From sequence record NC_019407.1: a stretch of DNA of 64,000 nucleotides, one strand, 5' to 3'. Made by a program: the position numbers and the translations under genes. Under the pieces are notes generated by a model. It was not told the origin of the DNA, made no database searches, and was given only the letters and a program-made list of their open reading frames with translations. Of the stretch, positions 61,501-64,000 are shown one piece after another; within the stretch, counting starts at the first letter, position 1, and every line of letters begins with the position of its first letter.

Positions 61501-64000
61501 GCTGATGGTAGCTTCGCACGCACCGCCGCCGCGTCCAAGCCGGGCGGCGTGATGGCGTCGCCGGCCGTGGCGACCCAACAGACCGCCGCCACCATCAAGA
61601 CCGTCATGGCCTCGATGGGCGATCGCGTGTACGCGACGGCTGGTCAGCACCTCGGACAGACCGAGGCCAAGGATGCGGCGTCGCTGCAAGCCTACTTCAA
61701 GGCCAACGGCGTCACCATCGACCCCAAGAAGCTCTCCTGGTGCGCGGCCTTCGTCAACGCGGTCCTGGCCCAGAACGGGCTCTCGGGCTCGGGCTCGCTG
61801 GCGGCTTCGTCCTTCAAGGACTATGGCGACGAGGTCTCGCGCACTGACGCCCGCAAGGGCGACATCGTCGTCCTCAAGCCCCAGGCGGCGGGCGCCACCG
61901 GTCACGTCGGCTTCCTCGACGGCTTTGACCGTCACGGCAACGTGCGCGTCCTGGGCGGCAACCAAGGCGCGGCCGGCGGCGGCGGCGTCAACGTCTCGAC
62001 CTTCGCCTCCAATCAGGTCGTCTCCTTCCGTCGCACGGGCAGCGGCGGGGCCTCCAACTTCCAGGGCGGCGGCATCACCGAGGCCCAGGGCGAAGAAGGC
62101 GGTTCGCTGTACGAACGTCGGATGAATATGGTCAAGGCGCTTGGCACGATCACGGGCCAAGCCTCGCCTGCTGCCGACGCCATTTCTGAGTATCAATCGT
62201 CTCTCGAAAAGCTCCGTGACGTCCTGGTGTTCGAAGAAGGACTGGCTAAGAAGGTGGGTCCGGAGTTCCAGTCCATCTTCAACGCCAAGGTCCTGGAAGA
62301 GACGGTCGCCGCCCAGAAGAAGTGGAACCGCTCGATCGTCGAGGCGCTCAACCCGATCGCCAAGGAATCCCGGACCCTGGCCGAGGCCAACGACGTTCTG
62401 CAACTGCGCGCCAAGGGCCTGTCGCAGGAAGCCGACTGGCAAGAGCGCCTGACCGAACTGCGCAACTCCGGCATCAATGTCGACCTGATGCAGGACGAGG
62501 CCAAGTGGACCCAGTACCTGAACGAGTTGAAGAAGCAGGGCCTGGAGATCGACGTCAAGGCCCTGCAACTGAAGCCGGACGAACTGCGCTACCAGCAGGG
62601 CCGCGCCGAGGCGCTCCAGGCTGAACTCGACCTGACCAAGGCGCTGAACGACGCCAAGCTGGCGGGCATCGCCCGCACCGGTTCCAGCTATGACCGCACC
62701 CTGTCGGGCCTCGTCGCCGGCAAGGGCCGCGACGGCGAGACGCTCGACCAGACCCGTCAGCGTCTGGCGGGCTCGGTCGGCAGCGACGGCCGCAGCGCGC
62801 TGGAAGCCCTGCAAGAGCAGGCCGGCGTGATGGAAGGCTCGCGCATGGCCGACGTCAAGGCCAGCATGCAGTCGCAGCTTGAGATCATGCGCGAGAGCGC
62901 GCGCCTCAACAACACCCAGCGCGGCATCTACGACGACTACCGCAATATCCTGGGCGAACTGCTGAACAAGCAGGGCGCCTCGCTGAAGGAATTGCTGGAC
63001 TCGGCCGACGAGGAGACCAAGCGTCTCGCCCAGTCGTTCGTCCGCGCCAAGGCGGACTTCGAAAACCCGCCCGGCTTCCAGAAGTGGGCCGACTCCCTGG
63101 AGCCGCTGGACAAGCGCCTCCAGGACATCAAGGCCAACTTCCTCGACAACTTCTCCGGCGGCATCACCGATGCGCTGCTGGGTGAGAAGGTCGACTGGAA
63201 GGCGATGCTGCACGATACCTTCAAGCAGATGCTGCGCGCCCAGGTCGATGAGGGTCTGAAGAGCCTCACCTACAAGCTGCTCGGCCAAGGTGGCGACCAG
63301 GGCGCGGCCCAAACCCCCGAAGCCCAGGCGCTAGTCTCGGCGGCCGATGTCCAATTGCAGGCTGGCAACAGCCTGCAACAAGCCGCCGCGAGCCTGATGC
63401 AGGCGGCTCAGGCCACCGCGACCGCCGGCGTGGGCGGCGGCCTGGGCGTGATGACGGGCGGACCCGCGATGGGCGGCCTCGGCGGTCTCCTGGGCGGCGG
63501 CGGCCCCCTGGGCGGTCTCGGCGCGATCTCCAGCGTCCTGGGCGGCGGCGATGGCACGGCGACCAACCCGTTCTCGATCGCCGACACCATCCTCAAGCCC
63601 CTGGTCGTCGACCAAACCGGCGGACCGGGCTTCCAAGCGGCGGGCGCGGCGCTCCAGGGCCTGAACATCACCCCGCCGGGCGGCGGCGGCTTCCTGTCGG
63701 GCCTGGGCTCGATGTTCCAAGGCGGCCTGGGCTCGATGCTGCAAGGCGCCCTGAGCTTCGCCGGCCCGCTGCTGGGCGGCCTGCTGACGGGCGGCAAGAA
63801 GAGCCCCAAGGCGCCGGTGAGCTATCGCATGCCGGGCGGCGTCATCGGCCAGCCGAGCACCAACAGCGTCTCGGCTCGCATGGTCGGTCCCAAGCAAAAC
63901 CTGATCGGCACCCTGGCGAACCTGGGCTTCCAGTTGTTCGCGGGCGGCATGGGCGGTGGCGGCCTGATGAGCATGTTCGGCATGGGCGGCGCTGGCGGCG
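58501..64000 (+). CDS. Tape measure protein (3' truncated; absent from the ORF track because it runs off the window)
   Basis: ATG at 58501 (MDSEALKLKIDSSQ...), helical Ala/Lys-rich, GKISSEEFNRQIGEQIPG, internal WCAAFVN..GHVGF hydrolase domain. Confidence 0.9.
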   Translation, partial: MDSEALKLKIDSSQARTDLDALAKSLDRASKAAGSMQSNLAKGVDKSNEALSRGAKNIEKFARVTAELSKVKLSGDPAKQLTEFANAVSAVARAREISAAKLNGLSKFVQVGAAISKLRFTGESFSGLHALTQAMDEAGRARAVSAAKLKSFVDYMEVAARASRLRFSSQTSEALKSLASAMDAVARSRVVSPQKLAAFKELFATLATAKGVPNAGAIARDLDTIAGAASRAAKAMAELKGARSGMGSMRASGGSGGGGGIASGASSNVKRFNEEVAKVKGHTDNAAKGVDGLGKGLGFLTGRFNLSYQAGTLFSALFSSFTFGQLVKGIYDTTVSFQKLNKAMLFVTGTYAGAHKATQDFIDISVQLGASVEDNADAYSRFAISSAAAGLKLNDVNKIYRSTQLALTAVGANSEQVGYAFYGLSQAMAKGKISSEEFNRQIGEQIPGNAQAGARALSKLTGQQKSVADLFDEMRKGTLQSAPFLKAWADEINRMFAPLLPEAEKRPDFQLGKLKTAFSLWKAEVGRSQFIGALTTQFKKLSDMLIVVDGDHQVLTERGRKLAESFGKGLAQAVNILGNALAWLADNLDKVVAVIKVVGALAIGNEFAKWGRQVAAFADNMLGVKRAIEEVSAAETAASGKRAVTSKAGAVNAVSTVASDRMAMATNRTRNAVMGGTFVANAVAPAVRQSPQFSQLSYLTGNPTSPTRGAPTFGRRQPYTGTMTFDARPTGRAGGMGGLFAAMGSGAATAATGAFTGLRKALNVLPGVALAGAVALAIFGNSITKLNDKAVSYNNIAAGALGTVGDEIGNGMTGLINGIRGLFGAEQKAQGTGDWLVDLSATLIVFGKAIFTLATTLGKILGTLMANVIIPWIELGQKVASGDLKGAAGKAGEVLMGQIGKGNRERWAELGKELGKDWGKALDYAGTRQSIVNGALKSAAGDSATPQGASDKLTEAALAQMKAADQQALAAADLKDATANFKKDLEPLNFNDLFKRASALADGSFARTAAASKPGGVMASPAVATQQTAATIKTVMASMGDRVYATAGQHLGQTEAKDAASLQAYFKANGVTIDPKKLSWCAAFVNAVLAQNGLSGSGSLAASSFKDYGDEVSRTDARKGDIVVLKPQAAGATGHVGFLDGFDRHGNVRVLGGNQGAAGGGGVNVSTFASNQVVSFRRTGSGGASNFQGGGITEAQGEEGGSLYERRMNMVKALGTITGQASPAADAISEYQSSLEKLRDVLVFEEGLAKKVGPEFQSIFNAKVLEETVAAQKKWNRSIVEALNPIAKESRTLAEANDVLQLRAKGLSQEADWQERLTELRNSGINVDLMQDEAKWTQYLNELKKQGLEIDVKALQLKPDELRYQQGRAEALQAELDLTKALNDAKLAGIARTGSSYDRTLSGLVAGKGRDGETLDQTRQRLAGSVGSDGRSALEALQEQAGVMEGSRMADVKASMQSQLEIMRESARLNNTQRGIYDDYRNILGELLNKQGASLKELLDSADEETKRLAQSFVRAKADFENPPGFQKWADSLEPLDKRLQDIKANFLDNFSGGITDALLGEKVDWKAMLHDTFKQMLRAQVDEGLKSLTYKLLGQGGDQGAAQTPEAQALVSAADVQLQAGNSLQQAAASLMQAAQATATAGVGGGLGVMTGGPAMGGLGGLLGGGGPLGGLGAISSVLGGGDGTATNPFSIADTILKPLVVDQTGGPGFQAAGAALQGLNITPPGGGGFLSGLGSMFQGGLGSMLQGALSFAGPLLGGLLTGGKKSPKAPVSYRMPGGVIGQPSTNSVSARMVGPKQNLIGTLANLGFQLFAGGMGGGGLMSMFGMGGAGG

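Noticed and set aside
58498-63312. Long minus-strand ORFs (1604 aa here; also 41488-45903, 32468-35218, 55524-57971, 18327-20183)
   Set aside because: Antisense shadows of GC3-biased plus-strand genes; no recognisable domains or RBS.

Overview
This 64-kb window is a GC-rich, almost entirely plus-strand segment of a large siphophage. It is most consistent with a phiCbK-like Caulobacter phage; this is inferred from gene order, CtrA boxes, GANTC-containing promoters and the tRNA array. In order it contains: the 3' end of the large terminase gene; a ~9-kb block of small early genes, each behind a CtrA-box promoter, which is probably the direct terminal repeat; ~19 kb of accessory genes with the portal gene embedded (MazG-like, HD, DHH, DEDDh, HNH and BTLCP-protease genes); scaffold, major capsid and further virion genes including a 2798-aa Gly-rich/LamG protein; 31 tRNA or tRNA-like genes covering 18 amino acids, plus candidate ncRNAs; phoH; head-tail joining genes; tail tube; tail chaperones with a -1 frameshift; and the start of the tape measure gene. 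The main finding is that the two large tRNA sub-operons each lie behind promoter -> short leader ORF -> intrinsic terminator. Each leader is built almost entirely from the codons read by the tRNAs downstream of it: 41/45 codons in one, and 15 consecutive codons in the other. Both have a terminator-competing antiterminator pairing. This looks like ribosome-mediated attenuation that switches phage tRNA genes on when the cognate tRNAs run short. Several of the tRNAs also have non-canonical folds. All structures and alignments were done by eye and no database searches were run.
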